Shown: one piece after another, positions 23,293 to 35,595 of the stretch
Layout: the number at the start of each line of letters is the position of its first letter
Numbering within the stretch: the stretch's first letter is position 1
Assembly: GCF_001194135.2 (NCBI RefSeq)
Contig: NC_068984.1
Location: 24,387,671 to 24,451,670 of the forward strand
Source of the DNA: Octopus bimaculoides
Taxonomy: Eukaryota
DNA: 64,000 bases
Direction: 5' to 3'
Translations under genes and position numbers: made by a program
Notes under the pieces: generated by a model
What the model was told of the DNA's origin: nothing
The model's input: only the letters and a program-made list of their open reading frames with translations
The model's database searches: none

Positions 23293-23672
23293 TGTTGTTG
23301 GCACTCCGTCGCTTACGACGTTGAGGGTTCCAGTTGATCCGATCAACAGAACAGCTTGCTCGTGAAATTAACGTGCAAGTCGTTGAGCACTCCACAGACA
23401 CGTGTACCCTTAATGTAGTTCTCAGGGATATTCAGCGTGACACAGTGTGACAAGGCTGACCCTTTGAATTACAGGCACAACAGAAACAGGAAGTAAGAGA
23501 AAGTTGTGGTGAACGAGTACAGCAGGGTTCACCACCACGCCCTGCCGGAGCCTCGTGGAGCTTTAGGTGTTTTCGCTCAATAAATACTCACAACGCCCGG
23601 TCTGGGAATCGAAACCGCGATCCTATGACCGCGAGTCCGCTGCCCTAACCACTGGGCTATTGTGCCTCCACC
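23293..23672 (-). mobile_element. SINE family D, full length with 10-bp TSD
   Basis: tRNA head gtggaggcacaatagcccagtggttagggcagcggactcgcg...gtttcgattccc; (AAC)n tail; ATTCCAGGGT at 23283-23292 and 23673-23682. Confidence 0.93.
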
Positions 23673-24512
23673 ATTCCAGGGTAAGAGTATAAAAACTTCG
23701 CCCCTCTTCCAAGCCATGTCAAACCAGTGTGGCAGAGTAAACTCAGCAAACCAGTATGATCTCTTGGTGGAGAGACCACGCTGAGGCCTTCATCCTGCAA
23801 TGGACCAAACATGGGCAATCCAATCCAATCCAACCAACTTGATAGATCTGTTATGTTGAATTTTGTCACTCATACTCAGTTTTCCTTCTTCCTTAAACCC
23901 TAATGTCAAATAATTTATGCAATCCTTCATTTCAAGAGTCACCACCTTATGGGATTCTCTTCTTTCTTGCATATTCACATCAAACGCTGAAATTCAAAAC
24001 TTCACATTAACCAAATTTATCCCATATGAGAATTGTATCAGGTTCCATCTGACAATTATTGGGGTATTCAGTTTTTAATAAAGCTCTTATCTGTACACAT
24101 CTTGCATATTACTGCTCTAAATTTTGCTATAACCTTAGTTGAGGACTAAGAGCTACTACACGACCAATGAAAACATTGATCAAACAGAAAGGTGCAGGAG
24201 TCTCATCCAGTCTGAATATAACATCAATACAAAATATTAGAAATTCAAACATTGCATTATTATAAATGTGTAAACCTTGTCCTGTACTCCATCTAGTTTG
24301 TATCTGTAATGTATTTACAAATTCACATGCATACAGAAATGCTCTAACCTTCATGAATCTTCAATAATGTTTCAGATTGTTTAATTACAGTCTGCAGCAT
24401 ATCGTTTACAACATCTAAATAGTTGATAGTCATGTTACTGTGTTTACCATTGGCTTCGGTAAACAAGATGGAGAAAAGCTAATGGCAAGTACACAAAATA
24501 GTAAAATGGTAA

Positions 24513-24762
24513 AGTAAAGTTCCCTCTCAAGTCATACAGACTCATAAGGATGGTTTCCCGGTTTCCATGGCATATATATTCCCCACATGAATGGGATGCT
24601 GGTCCATCACATGATTACTCATTTTTACCAGCTGAGCGAATTGAAGCAAAGTGAAATGAAGTGCTTTGCTCAAGAACACAACGCGTCGCCTGGTCCAAGA
24701 ATTGAAACTACAATCTTACAGCCATAACGCAACACCCTAACCACTAAGCTACTTGCCTCCAC
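24513..24762 (-). mobile_element. SINE K head (CORE-like) with tail type 3
   Basis: Minus: gtggaggcaagtagcttagtggttaggg...gttcttgagcaaagcacttcatttcac; tail atgccatggaaaccgggaaacc...gagagggaactttactttac. Confidence 0.85.
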
Positions 24763-24831
24763 AACACACAAAAGCCTGCAACAATTACTGATGCCTACAA
24801 TGCTTGGGTGAGGCTCACAATATTACTCCTA

Positions 24832-24966
24832 TATTCGTAGTCAAAAGTTTGGAATATATGTCTGAAAATTAGAATTTTTATATTATATGCCCAAAGTTGA
24901 ATCAAATTGTACTTGGGCATAATTTTAATTTTTCAAAAAAATGTTCCAAACTTTTGGCCACGACTG
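24832..24966. mobile_element. Tc1-type MITE (135 bp)
   Basis: Right TIR gttccaaacttttggccacgactg plus TA; decayed left TIR TA-tattcgtagtcaaaagtttggaa. Confidence 0.8.
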
Positions 24967-24968
24967 TA

Positions 24969-25190
24969 CAGTAATCCCTTGCCATATCGTGGTTCACCTA
25001 TCATGGTTTATTATTTAAGCTTATGTCGATTCGTCCATGGTGTTGTTTTGCATTTATAATAAAATAAATATATACAAATTATAAAAATAACTAAAAAAAT
25101 ATACAGAACAGTACTGTTTCTACTCCACAGATTTTCACCTATTGCAGGAGGTTTTGGAATGTAATACCCACAATAGTTGAGGGATTACTG
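24969..25190. mobile_element. pogo/Tigger-type MITE (222 bp)
   Basis: TA-CAGTAATCCCT...AGGGATTACTG-TA. Confidence 0.88.
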
Positions 25191-25299
25191 TATATCTGGA
25201 ACAGTGTTGTTGTTGTGCACACATGCATCTTAGACTGCATCCAGTGAAAGATAACAAGCATGCTACTGTGAGTGATTTTCTGTCCACATGCATATGGTC

Positions 25300-25565
25300 C
25301 CCTCTCTCTGCTTTGGTACTGAAATAATAGCCTCTGTTCCTTGGAGTAGGCCTGTCTGATGTAACCTCTACTCAGGTATGCCTAACCCAGTCATATTTCC
25401 TCCTCTCATTACCCATGTGGTGTCCAATTTCTCAGGTTCTGCACTAACTGCGACGCCCAGTCTAAATGTCACACTTTGGAATCTCCTCCCTGCTCATATC
25501 TTTCCTGTACATGTTGACTTGATACAATTTAAGCAGAACATTAATGGAAATAATCTCACAAATAT
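25300..25565 (+). mobile_element. L2/CR1-group LINE 3' relic
   Basis: TLWNLLPAHIFPVHVDLIQFKQNIN. Confidence 0.7.
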
Positions 25566-26239
25566 TTGAGAGCCTACAAAAGATAATTACCCCAGACCCA
25601 GCAAGAAAAAACATCTTGCAAATAAGTGTCCAGTTGCAAATTGTATATTATCACTAACAAATCACCTCACTCAAATCTCATAGATATTAAATAATAAGTT
25701 TCTGGAGAAAAAATTCTTTAAATATTGAAAATTAAGACTGCATAGACAGAAGTATAAAATTTGGTTACTTAAGTTTAGAAAGATTATGTTATATTCCCAG
25801 TAGAATTATCTTGAATTAAAGACATATCAAGATAAAATATGAATGTTTGTTGGTTTGCTTTCATCAAATATATTCATTATATCATTTAGCTTGCTTTCAT
25901 CAAATATATTCATTATCACATATGACTTTTGACCTTCAATGGTTATATATTAGACTGAAATTTAAGAAGTGACATACAAATGAAGTACGTCCGTTATTTG
26001 TGTTAAATGTGAATGAATAATTTTTAAAAATTGCAATTTGAAATATTATAATTATGTAAGTAAATACAGAAAACAATTTGAATTGTTTCATTGTTTCATT
26101 ACTTCTGCTGATGTTTCATTAGCATTATTTTTCTTTTTTTTAATATTGTATTTTAGATTTTTTATAACAAATAAAGTTGCAATTAACTAAATTGCAATGT
26201 TTTACAGAGATTAAAGTTGACTTTTCAGAACAATGTACA

Positions 26240-26410
26240 CACACAACTTCTAATTGGGGAAAAGGGATATAACTGATTATACCAACCCCAGGAAAATGGT
26301 GTTTAAGTTATCAACAACAGAAGGATAAAAAGGCAAAGATATCCTAGACAGGATCTGAATTCAGAACCTAAGGGTATGCAGTTCAACATGTTAATGGTTC
26401 TGCCAATCTA
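26240..26410 (-). mobile_element. SINE family B, old subfamily
   Basis: aaggataaaaaggcaaagatatcc...ctgaattcagaacc...atggttctgccaatc. Confidence 0.65.
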
Positions 26411-26699
26411 CCCTCATGACCAATCCACCACTCTTGCCAATCCACCCCCTTGCCAAATATTTTTTTGATAAGTACAAATTCCATTCAATATTCCTGTACT
26501 AGTAATCAACACAAAGTTAAAACTATTCCCATTACATTTGTCAACGTCTAAGGGATAATAGTATCTGTATTTACTGTCGGTATCAATTACCTATGCTATC
26601 CCTGGGCATGGGTATGCAGGCACACTATGCTCATAGGGTTCAGGTAACAACAGAATAAACAAAAGTTTATCAGGAATCAAATTTAAATAATCAGAAAAA

Positions 26700-26748
26700 T
26701 TTTTAATACAAAACATGACTTAACATATATCATGTTTTGTATTAAAAA
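26700..26748. repeat. Perfect 19-bp inverted repeat with 11-nt loop
   Basis: TTTTTAATACAAAACATGA-cttaacatata-TCATGTTTTGTATTAAAAA. Confidence 0.95.
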
Positions 26749-26882
26749 GAATAATCAACCAATGTGGGTCAATTTGTTTGTTTGTTGATCAAAAGTTTTC
26801 TCCATTTTTTGATTATTTAAATTATTCAGCAATGTAACTGTACGTACTGTTGGTGATTTCTTTTTCTTCATTTGACTTTCAC

Positions 26883-26917
26883 CTTTCTGATGAAGAGCTA
26901 TGCTCGCAACATCAAAA
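26883..26917 (+). ncRNA. Decayed minimal hammerhead motif
   Basis: cTTT-CTGATGA-a-GAGC-tat-GCTC-GCAAC(from GAAAC)-ATC(from GTC)-AAAa; helix II intact. Confidence 0.65.
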
Positions 26918-27010
26918 CTCTCTCTTTTTACCGAACATCAAGGTAAAACATTCCTTGTGCACATCCTTTTGTCATCCATCAATTTTATTCATTTATTTGA
27001 ATTGACTACT

Positions 27011-27302
27011 GTTGTTGTTGGCACTCCGTCACTTACGACGTCGAGGGTTCCAGTTGATCTGATCAACGGAACAGCCTGCTCGTGAAATTAACGTGCAAGT
27101 GGCTGAGCACTCCACAGACACGTGTACCCTTAACGTAGTTCTCAGGGACATTCTGCGTGACACAGTGTGACAAGGCTGACCCTTTGAATTACAGGCACAA
27201 CAGAAACAGGAAATAAGAGTGAGAGAAAGTTGTCTTGGAAGAGTACAGCAGGGTTCACCACCATCCCCTGCCAGAGCCTTGTGGAGCTTTAGGTGTTTTC
27301 GC
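27011..27302 (-). mobile_element. SINE family D, cut by N-gap 27303-27757
   Basis: Near-identical to 23293-23580. Confidence 0.92.
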
Positions 27303-28619
27303 NNNNNNNNNNNNNNNNNNNNNNNNNNNNNNNNNNNNNNNNNNNNNNNNNNNNNNNNNNNNNNNNNNNNNNNNNNNNNNNNNNNNNNNNNNNNNNNNNN
27401 NNNNNNNNNNNNNNNNNNNNNNNNNNNNNNNNNNNNNNNNNNNNNNNNNNNNNNNNNNNNNNNNNNNNNNNNNNNNNNNNNNNNNNNNNNNNNNNNNNNN
27501 NNNNNNNNNNNNNNNNNNNNNNNNNNNNNNNNNNNNNNNNNNNNNNNNNNNNNNNNNNNNNNNNNNNNNNNNNNNNNNNNNNNNNNNNNNNNNNNNNNNN
27601 NNNNNNNNNNNNNNNNNNNNNNNNNNNNNNNNNNNNNNNNNNNNNNNNNNNNNNNNNNNNNNNNNNNNNNNNNNNNNNNNNNNNNNNNNNNNNNNNNNNN
27701 NNNNNNNNNNNNNNNNNNNNNNNNNNNNNNNNNNNNNNNNNNNNNNNNNNNNNNNNNTGTGTGTGCGCACAGAGCCATGTTTGCATCCCATATGTCATCT
27801 TTGAACAGCTGCTAATTTTATATAAATGACAAATATGCCATACACTAAAGTATTTAACTTACATATAGGATAATCTATGATCTGGCTTTGATTTCTTCTC
27901 ATTACCATTCTAATCTACCAATATTAATATTTTGGGGATGCTGATAATGAAATTGCCATATCCCACTCTCTTACAAATCTTAGAAACCACATCTGTTAGG
28001 AAAAAGGCAATGAGAACTCTCAGTAGAGAGTTACAACATCAAACCAAGCTCTGTCCAAAATTGAATATGCTTCCAAGAACAAGGAAAAAAATTTGAGATG
28101 AAAGACAGATGTTATTGATGGTGTTGGTGATGGTGGCAGTTATTTCCAGTTCAGTCCATATTGAGCATATCTGTGGTCATTACATCCTTTTGGATATCAG
28201 AGTTTACACTGTCTAGCATGTCATTTTTTTTTCAAGACGATGAGAGCAATTTGAGGAATATTCAGCTCCTATTTTTAGCTGTTAAAGTGATCATGTTATA
28301 TAAAATTTAACATATATAATACACATACACACACATACAATGATTTGGTCTAGAGTAAGAGACAGTATCCATGGTTTTTGGAGGTCTACTAAGAAAAGTA
28401 TATTTTTTTCTCATGAGCAATGCAAAATTCAACCCACCCACTTCATCATTAGTTTAGTTTGAAGAGAGGATTCAGTAACATACTTCTTACGTTTTTGTGT
28501 GTGTTTCTTTTTATGCACACTAGACAGTACATTGCACCAGGTGTGTGAGGAGTTTCTTGCAGCATGATGAACTTATGGCATGTATAGTAACAGGAGCTAT
28601 GAAGTGGTGTGATTTCTGT

Positions 28620-28990
28620 GAGAGATCATTGGAGATAGTAACATGTGATACTTGTCAGGACTAATAGTGTTAGCAATGTATTAGTCTTGAGCAGAGAGGA
28701 TGTAGTGTTGTGGGGATGTAATCTTGAATAGTATGGGGTCTGTGTTACAGTGCTGGTGAATGAGATTAATATATTGTAAGATATTTCTGAGGTGTCTGTT
28801 ATGAAAAATGATGAATATGAAGAAGTGTTGGGACTGTATAAGCTGTATAAGAATGCAGTCTGAATGTTGAAGAAGGAGTCTAGAGTTGTTTTATCTGCAT
28901 GTGAGTGCATGCAGTTAGAGGTGATAGCTAGTGTGTCACTAATTTTGAGAAAGAAGAAAGTTGGTGAGATAACCAAGCTCTGAGTTAACA
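28620..28990 (-). mobile_element. Possible decayed Penelope-like RT relic
   Basis: HADKTT...FNIQTAFLY...PYYSRLHPH loosely follows the PLE xADKxxxxVxxxxxxY...YxLPKxHK order. Confidence 0.25.
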
Positions 28991-29466
28991 ATGAAATCAG
29001 TCAATATAAAATGTCATGGAGACAACCACCAACAGTAAAAGCCAGTCAATGTAAAATGTAATGGAGCCACCAAACAAGAAGCTTTTATTTACACAGATTT
29101 ATAGTGATATAAGGAACCCATTAGATCGGCAGTTTTATCAGAACAGTTCTCATAAAAAGAAAAGGCATTGCAGAGCTTGGTGTCAAGGGAAACAACTTCG
29201 CTTTTACTATTGTAATGACATTGATTCTACATATGAAAATATTGCTTATAGATACTGTTTCATTTTTGTATCTAGATAATTGAAGGAAAATAATAATTCG
29301 GTAAAAGTAAACAATTATGATAGCTAGCTTGAATTCCTGAATTGCATAGTTTTAATTTAATTACATGGAGTGACATTTATTTTAGAAATATCACCACAGG
29401 CATGAATCTGATGGTCAACACATATCACTAGCTAGATACCCTATAAGCTAAGCCATTAGTGTAGAC

Positions 29467-29969
29467 CAGGGGTGGAGTAATTTTTTAGTGTGGCAGGCAA
29501 AAATTTCCAAAGAAAAAGGTCCACGAGCGAATCACAAGTTCTAACTCTTATATTTGTGTAAATCTTCTATATATCTGTGTATAATTCGATATACATTAAA
29601 AAAGATAAGTTTAACACATTAAATTAATGCTGCCACTGAATTTGGACGCTTATATTACTTATGATCTATATTTTTTAGCTAAAGTGCAGTTGGGTCTCAA
29701 GGGGGCTGGTACAAAGCTAGCAATATAGGTTTTATAGTAAAATCAAAATTTCCATTCAAATGGCAATTACAGGATGATTTTTCTCTTCGAGTGTAACCAT
29801 TTTAGGTTGTAGTGGAAATGCGACCTATGTCGCAAATAGGTATACAAATATTGTATAAATTTTTTTATTGAAAAACTTACTATATTTTGTACATACAAGT
29901 ATATTAGTCTGTGGGTGCAATAAAATGGGCTCGCGGGCGCAACTGCACCCAAAGGGGGGGGGAGCCTTG
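29467..29969. mobile_element. hAT (Charlie-type) non-autonomous element, 503 bp
   Basis: Starts CAGGGGTGG and ends ...GCCTTG; identical 8-bp TSD GTGTAGAC at 29459-29466 and 29970-29977. Confidence 0.85.
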
Positions 29970-30169
29970 GTGTAGACTCAGATAGTAAACAGGATTGTAA
30001 TCAGGATATTATATATAGGGAAGCACAATCAATGAGGGAGCATTTATGCAATAACTTGTTCTGTAAGAAATAGCTGCCGCATGCGACTCAAATAACTCCC
30101 TACCATCTAAAAATAAAGTAATCATTGGATAAATTAGTCCAAACTACACTGAAAGCATGGCTGGAACAC

Positions 30170-30275
30170 TTGACCATAAGTCTAGCCATCTGGTTCGCCA
30201 GTCCTCAGTCAAATCGTCCAACCCATGCTAGCGTGGAAGATGGACGTTAAACAATGATGATGATGATGATGATGA
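30170..30275 (+). mobile_element. SINE family C 3' fragment
   Basis: gccatctggttcgccagtcctcagtcaaatcgtccaacccatgctagcgtggaagatggacgttaaacaatgatgat. Confidence 0.9.
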
Positions 30276-30989
30276 CATGGGGCTAAACATACTTAATATG
30301 GAAGCAGTCTATCATCAAGATGACTTTATCCTATCCGAACACATTCCTGATCCATGGCCAAAGTGCTAAATTCATATTAATTGAATATACTTCATTATAA
30401 ATAAAAAGAGGTATAAGCTCACTGTCCATTTACCAAATGTTGATGGTGTTTTTTGTTGCTAGCAATGAATCTTCCCAGGAGTATAGTTTTGGAGATAGAC
30501 GGATTCTATGGCAGTAGTTTGTCTTAGAGACAGCATAAAGTCTTCCATAGCGTATCAACAAAAACTCTAGGTGTGCATGTGTGTGAGTGTGTGTGTGTGT
30601 GAGAAAGAGAGAGAGAGACAGAACAGGCAAACAGAGAATCTGAGAGAGACAAAGAGAAAAAGACAAAGAGAGAAAGACAGAGAGAGAGAGACTCCAGATG
30701 TTTGCATGCTTAATATATATTTCATAGCAAAGTACTTCTAATCATTGATTTTCAACATCATTATATTGGTCTCTAATAGAGTCCTTCTAATCAATAAATA
30801 CTGGAATGTAAAAAGAAAAGTATATACCTATTTTCAGTTAAGAAGACTAAAGACAGAAACATTCCTTGTTCAAAGAATCAAGACATTAGCTATAGCATAT
30901 TTTGAACTTTGGCAAATACAAAACAAATGGGGGTGACTTTATACGATCATTCTAGTAATCAAAGCCAATAGCAATAAAATTGTTCATCA

Positions 30990-31155
30990 AATCATATTTT
31001 ACCATCATAAAAAGAAGGACAGGTTGAATATAATGGCCCAAGCTTCACTGTCACACTCTCTCCCATAAAAGAACATGACAGGATGGACAAAGCTGAAACG
31101 GTTTTGATCATAGACCTACTCACTCGTGGCTGACCTGGAACTAAACAATAACAGC
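30990..31155 (+). repeat. Repeat E
   Basis: aaggacaggttgaatataat...ttttgatcatagacctact...gctgacctggaactaaacaataacagc. Confidence 0.65.
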
Positions 31156-31207
31156 AAGGGGTATGAAGATCTAACAATGAGACTAATTACCAAAATGTAT
31201 ATACAAT

Positions 31208-31625
31208 GTAGGTGCAGGAGTGGCAGTGTGGTAAGTAGCTTGCTTACCAACCACATGGTTCCGGGTTCAGTCCCACTGTGTGGCACCTTGGGCAAGTGTC
31301 TTCTACTACAGCCTCGGGCCGACCAAAGCCTTGTGAGTGGATTTGGTAGACAGAAACTGAAAGAAGCCCGTCGTATATATGTATATATATATATGTATGT
31401 GTGTGTATATGTTTGTGTGTCTGTGTTTGTCCCCACAACATCTCTTGACAACCGATGCTGGTGTGTTTACGTCCCCGTAACATAGCGGTTCGGCAAAAGA
31501 GACCGATAGGATAAGTATTAGGCTTACAAAGTCCTGGGGTCGATTTACTCAACTAAAGGCAGTGCTCCAGTATGGCCACAGTCAAACGACTGAAACAAGT
31601 AAAAGAGTAAAGAGTAAAGAGTAAT
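31208..31625 (+). mobile_element. SINE family A, full length, young
   Basis: ggtgcaggagtggcagtgtggtaag...ggttcagtccc; (TA/TG)n hinge; tail (AAAGAGT)n; CpGs retained. Confidence 0.95.
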
Positions 31626-31789
31626 GTAATCACCAGTCTTGGATTCCAGAATGCTTAAAGTTATTTGGCATCTATGATGAATTGCTGTTGTTGTTTAGCC
31701 TCAGGCTAACAAGCCAAAATCATCCAAACATAATCAAGCTATCCTTTTCCAGTTAAAATGTACCCCAGAATTTAATTATCTAAGGTGTA

Positions 31790-32140
31790 GGCATAACTTT
31801 GTGATAAGAAGTTTGCATCCCAATCACAAGGTGTTTTGAGTTCAATCTCACTGTGTAGCACCATGAGCAAGTGTCTTCTATTAAAGACCTGGGCCAACAA
31901 AGGACTTGTGAATGGATTTGGTAGACGGAAACTGAAATAAACCAATTGTGTGTGTGTGTGCGTGTGTGTGTGCATATGTGTACCCTGTTATCCTGCCTCA
32001 ACATTGCATGATAGTTGTAAACAAGTGTCACCGTCATGAAGCAGTGTCCTTCATTTCCAATGTTTCATGACATTAGGAAATATTACCTGATGCATGCAAG
32101 CATGGAGAAGTGACATTAAAACAATGATGATGATGATGAA
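31790..32140 (+). mobile_element. A-head SINE with alternative GAT-tailed 3' half
   Basis: A head, (TG)n, then acattgcatgatagttgtaaac...gaaatattacc...gacattaaaacaatgatgatg. Confidence 0.7.
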
Positions 32141-32649
32141 GTTTCTTTTTTAAGGCTTGAATTGACAGAATCATTAGAGCATAAAACAAAATGTTTTACA
32201 ATATTTGTTCCAGTTCTTTAGGTTCAGAGTTCAAATCCTGCCAAATTCAACTTATTCCTTTCATTTTCCCAGGGTCAATAAAATAAAATGCCAGTCCAGG
32301 GGAACGGATAAATGGAATTGTTTGAATGTCAGCTGAAATACTTCGCAGTACTGGTTCCAGCTCCTTATATTCTGAGTGCCTAATTAGGTACAGTTTCTTG
32401 TCACGATCAAGCTAACAAGATTGTGTCTTGTAAAACATACCCAAGGTAAGGCAACAAGAAGCCACCTTTGTATTTTCTCATGGAAATTCCGCAACAACCA
32501 CATAGTGCATGCAAAGAAATCACCAAACTTTCTCTGAGACCTAACACTGTGGAAAGAAAATGGTGCATTTGAGGAGAGATTTGACTGCTCTTTATAGCAG
32601 GACTGGCCTATGTAAGAAAATATCTAGCAGGACATTTTCTTATATAGGC

Positions 32650-32855
32650 ACAAGACTAGAAATTTGGAGGAGAGAGGAATTAGTCAATTATATCTACCCT
32701 AGTACTTAACTGATACTTTATTTTATAGACTCCAGAAAGATAAAAGGCAGTTGACCATGGCAGAATTTGAACTCAGAAACCTAAAGAGATGCAACTAAAT
32801 ACCATAAAACATTTAGTCTAACACTTTAACAGTTCAATTCTGCTGATCCACCCTA
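32650..32855 (-). mobile_element. SINE family B, old subfamily
   Basis: aggcacaagactagaaattt...aaaaggcagttgaccatggcagaatttgaactcaga. Confidence 0.8.
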
Positions 32856-32971
32856 AGGAAGAATCACCCATTAGTGGGATATAGAGGATGAGTTAACTTT
32901 AAATGTCTCTGGCTGAGACAGATTTAAAAAGATATTTTCTTTAGATATTCTGTATTTTTGCTTCAGGTTAT

Positions 32972-33322
32972 TCATCATCATTATCATTTAATGTCCACTT
33001 TTCTATACTTGCAACGGTCAGATGGCGTTTGAGTTAGATTTTTCTACAGCCAGATACCCTTCTTATTGCCAACTCTCACCTGTTTTCAAGCAAGGTAATA
33101 TTTCCCCAAGGCTAGATATATCCTTGCAGAATATTAGGAATGAATGATACCACTTATATGGCAGTGACATCCATTTACAACTATCATGTGATGTCAAGAC
33201 AAGGAAGCACACACACACACATACTGGGCTTCTTTCAGTCTCCCTCAACCAAATCCACTCGCAAGACTTTGGTCGGCTTGAAGCTATAGTAGAAGATGCT
33301 TGCCCAAGGTGCCATGCAGCAA
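32972..33322 (-). mobile_element. A-head SINE with V-like domain and GAT tail
   Basis: (CAT)n tail, ttctacagccagatacccttcttattgccaactctcacc, (CA)n hinge, then the A head. Confidence 0.8.
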
Positions 33323-34109
33323 TTGTATTTCTGTAGGAGGTGGAATTGATTATTTTCACAAAAAATAATTTCGTTTTTTTTATAACAGTGCTACAGACAT
33401 TCAATGTCATATTCAAGTTTCGCAATAATACAATACAACCTCAGCTTTCTTACATAGTCTGTACTTAACACCCAAAATTAATTAGGCGTTTTTGAGATAA
33501 TCAATATTGTGTTCAATATTGTAGAATTTTTTTAAAAATCAAATGTCAAAGATCAAACATGCCACCCATCCTACAGCATTATGAAAATACAAACCTAAGA
33601 ATCAAATCATCTAGCCAAAAGTTTCAAAGAAATCGACCGTCTTATGTTCTTGGACAACTTGAACTTTACTCCAGAATGAGGAGTAGATTCTTGAAGGTTG
33701 GTGTAGTGGAGGTAGTAAGTAAATTCCAGGTGTTTTCTCCCAAAATGTATAATGGTACACTTGCCTACAGCCAATCAGAAATTCATTACTGCACTGGAAG
33801 TGGGGCAAAAGCTAGTGCAGTAGAAAGAGGTCACTGCATTTGAGAAGCAAATAAGCAACACCATCGAGACTAGGGGAAGCATAGTTGTGTATATGCTTGA
33901 GATGGTGTCACAATATTGTAGGAGTAAATTCAACAGACATTATGAAATTTGGTGTCAGTAGCAGTTAAGATGGAACATTTGGATTTTCAATAGTAAAAAT
34001 GCATTTAACAATAAGCTCTGTGTGGGGGCTGTAGAAAGGGCTAACTGGAAAGTAAGGCCTTTTTTTTGAGTGCTTATATTTCTCGCACACCCAAAATGCC
34101 AGCAACTGA

Positions 34110-34152
34110 TATATACTGATGAGGTGAATAGTCACTGAATTGTAGTAAATAT
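34110..34152 (+). ncRNA. Possible decayed minimal hammerhead motif
   Basis: tatata-CTGATGA-GGTGA-atag-TCACT-GAAT-tgtagta-aatat; helix II intact, GAAA region damaged. Confidence 0.45.
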
Positions 34153-35559
34153 TGTATTTATATTTGTGATGACCCATCCAACTTATACAAGCATAGACAG
34201 CAAATATAAAATGATGATGATGATGACATATACCTACATGATGGGCTTAGTATCTGTCAACCAAATTTCTCTCACAAGCTTTTTTTGCTGAGCTAAAGCT
34301 ACGACAGAGGACACTTGCACCAAGTCCTATTCAATGGGATCAGACCCATAATTATGTAACTGTGAAGCAAACTTCTGAACAATACAGCTTTATCATTTCT
34401 AAATGAAAAAATATTCTGAGATTTGGCAAATCTAATTTTAAAAGTTTGACAATGCCGAATATAACAGCAGATTCAGCATGGGAACAAATCATAGCAGTGC
34501 CAAGATATAGCCCTGTTGCAGACGTTTCTTATAAATTAATTTTCCTCTAATATGCTGTACAATGTTCTGGAATTAACCTTCTGACTAGGCATTGGGGCTT
34601 AAATATTGATGACCAACAGTTTAATGCACACCTACGCTTCTATTTTCTGCCTGTCTAAGTCTTAAGATAATGTTGGTTTTTGTAATGGTTTCATATGAAC
34701 AGGAAATATGTACGTGTATTATATGTGTGCATATATATATGCATGTACATAGATATATGTGCATGAATATGCATATCTGTGTGCATTTTATGCATGTACT
34801 TGAGTATGTGTATGAGTGTGTATGTATATATGTATACATTAAATATAAACTATCTATATACACATATACAAATATATATATGTATATATATATTTATACA
34901 CACACACATACTTCCTGTACGTGCACACACACATATATATTGTATGTACGTGCAAATGAATTTCATCATGTCAAGATACCATGATAAATATGTTTATTAC
35001 TCACTTCCTCCCTGAACTTCCTAAACCAAACTGAGAAAAACTAACATTTGTTCTTAAAAGCTGACTGCTGAACAAAATGTAAACTAAATACTTTTTAAAT
35101 TAAGAAAGAAAGAAAAATAAACTTAATGTCATTAGTGTAAGAACTATTTTTAAATTTATTGACAAATTGGTTGTGGGGTGTGATGTGGTATGGTGGTTTG
35201 GTGAAAGGGTGGGTTGATTGGCCCTGTCATGCATCTGAGTGAGTTTGGCAGGAAGGGGTTAGGTCTTACACATTTCTTTCCTATTTCCTTGCTTTAAGTC
35301 TTTATGTTTAACCCTACCTCTTTCTACCTACTTCTTTTCCCTTCTTTTTTCTAATAACTCTACTCTCTCTCTTTCTCTCTCTGTTCTTTCTTTTTCTTTG
35401 TCTCTGTCTGTCTGTCTCTCTCTCTCACTCTTTTTTCTCTGTTTCTTTCAAGTACTCTTTCATGCCCTAGCCCTCAGTTTTTCTTCTCCAACAAACTCAT
35501 TCATTTTTTTCCTCTTCAAATCTCTCCATTTCTTTTTACTCTTAGACCTCCCCAACCCT

Positions 35560-35595
<36 letters not shown>

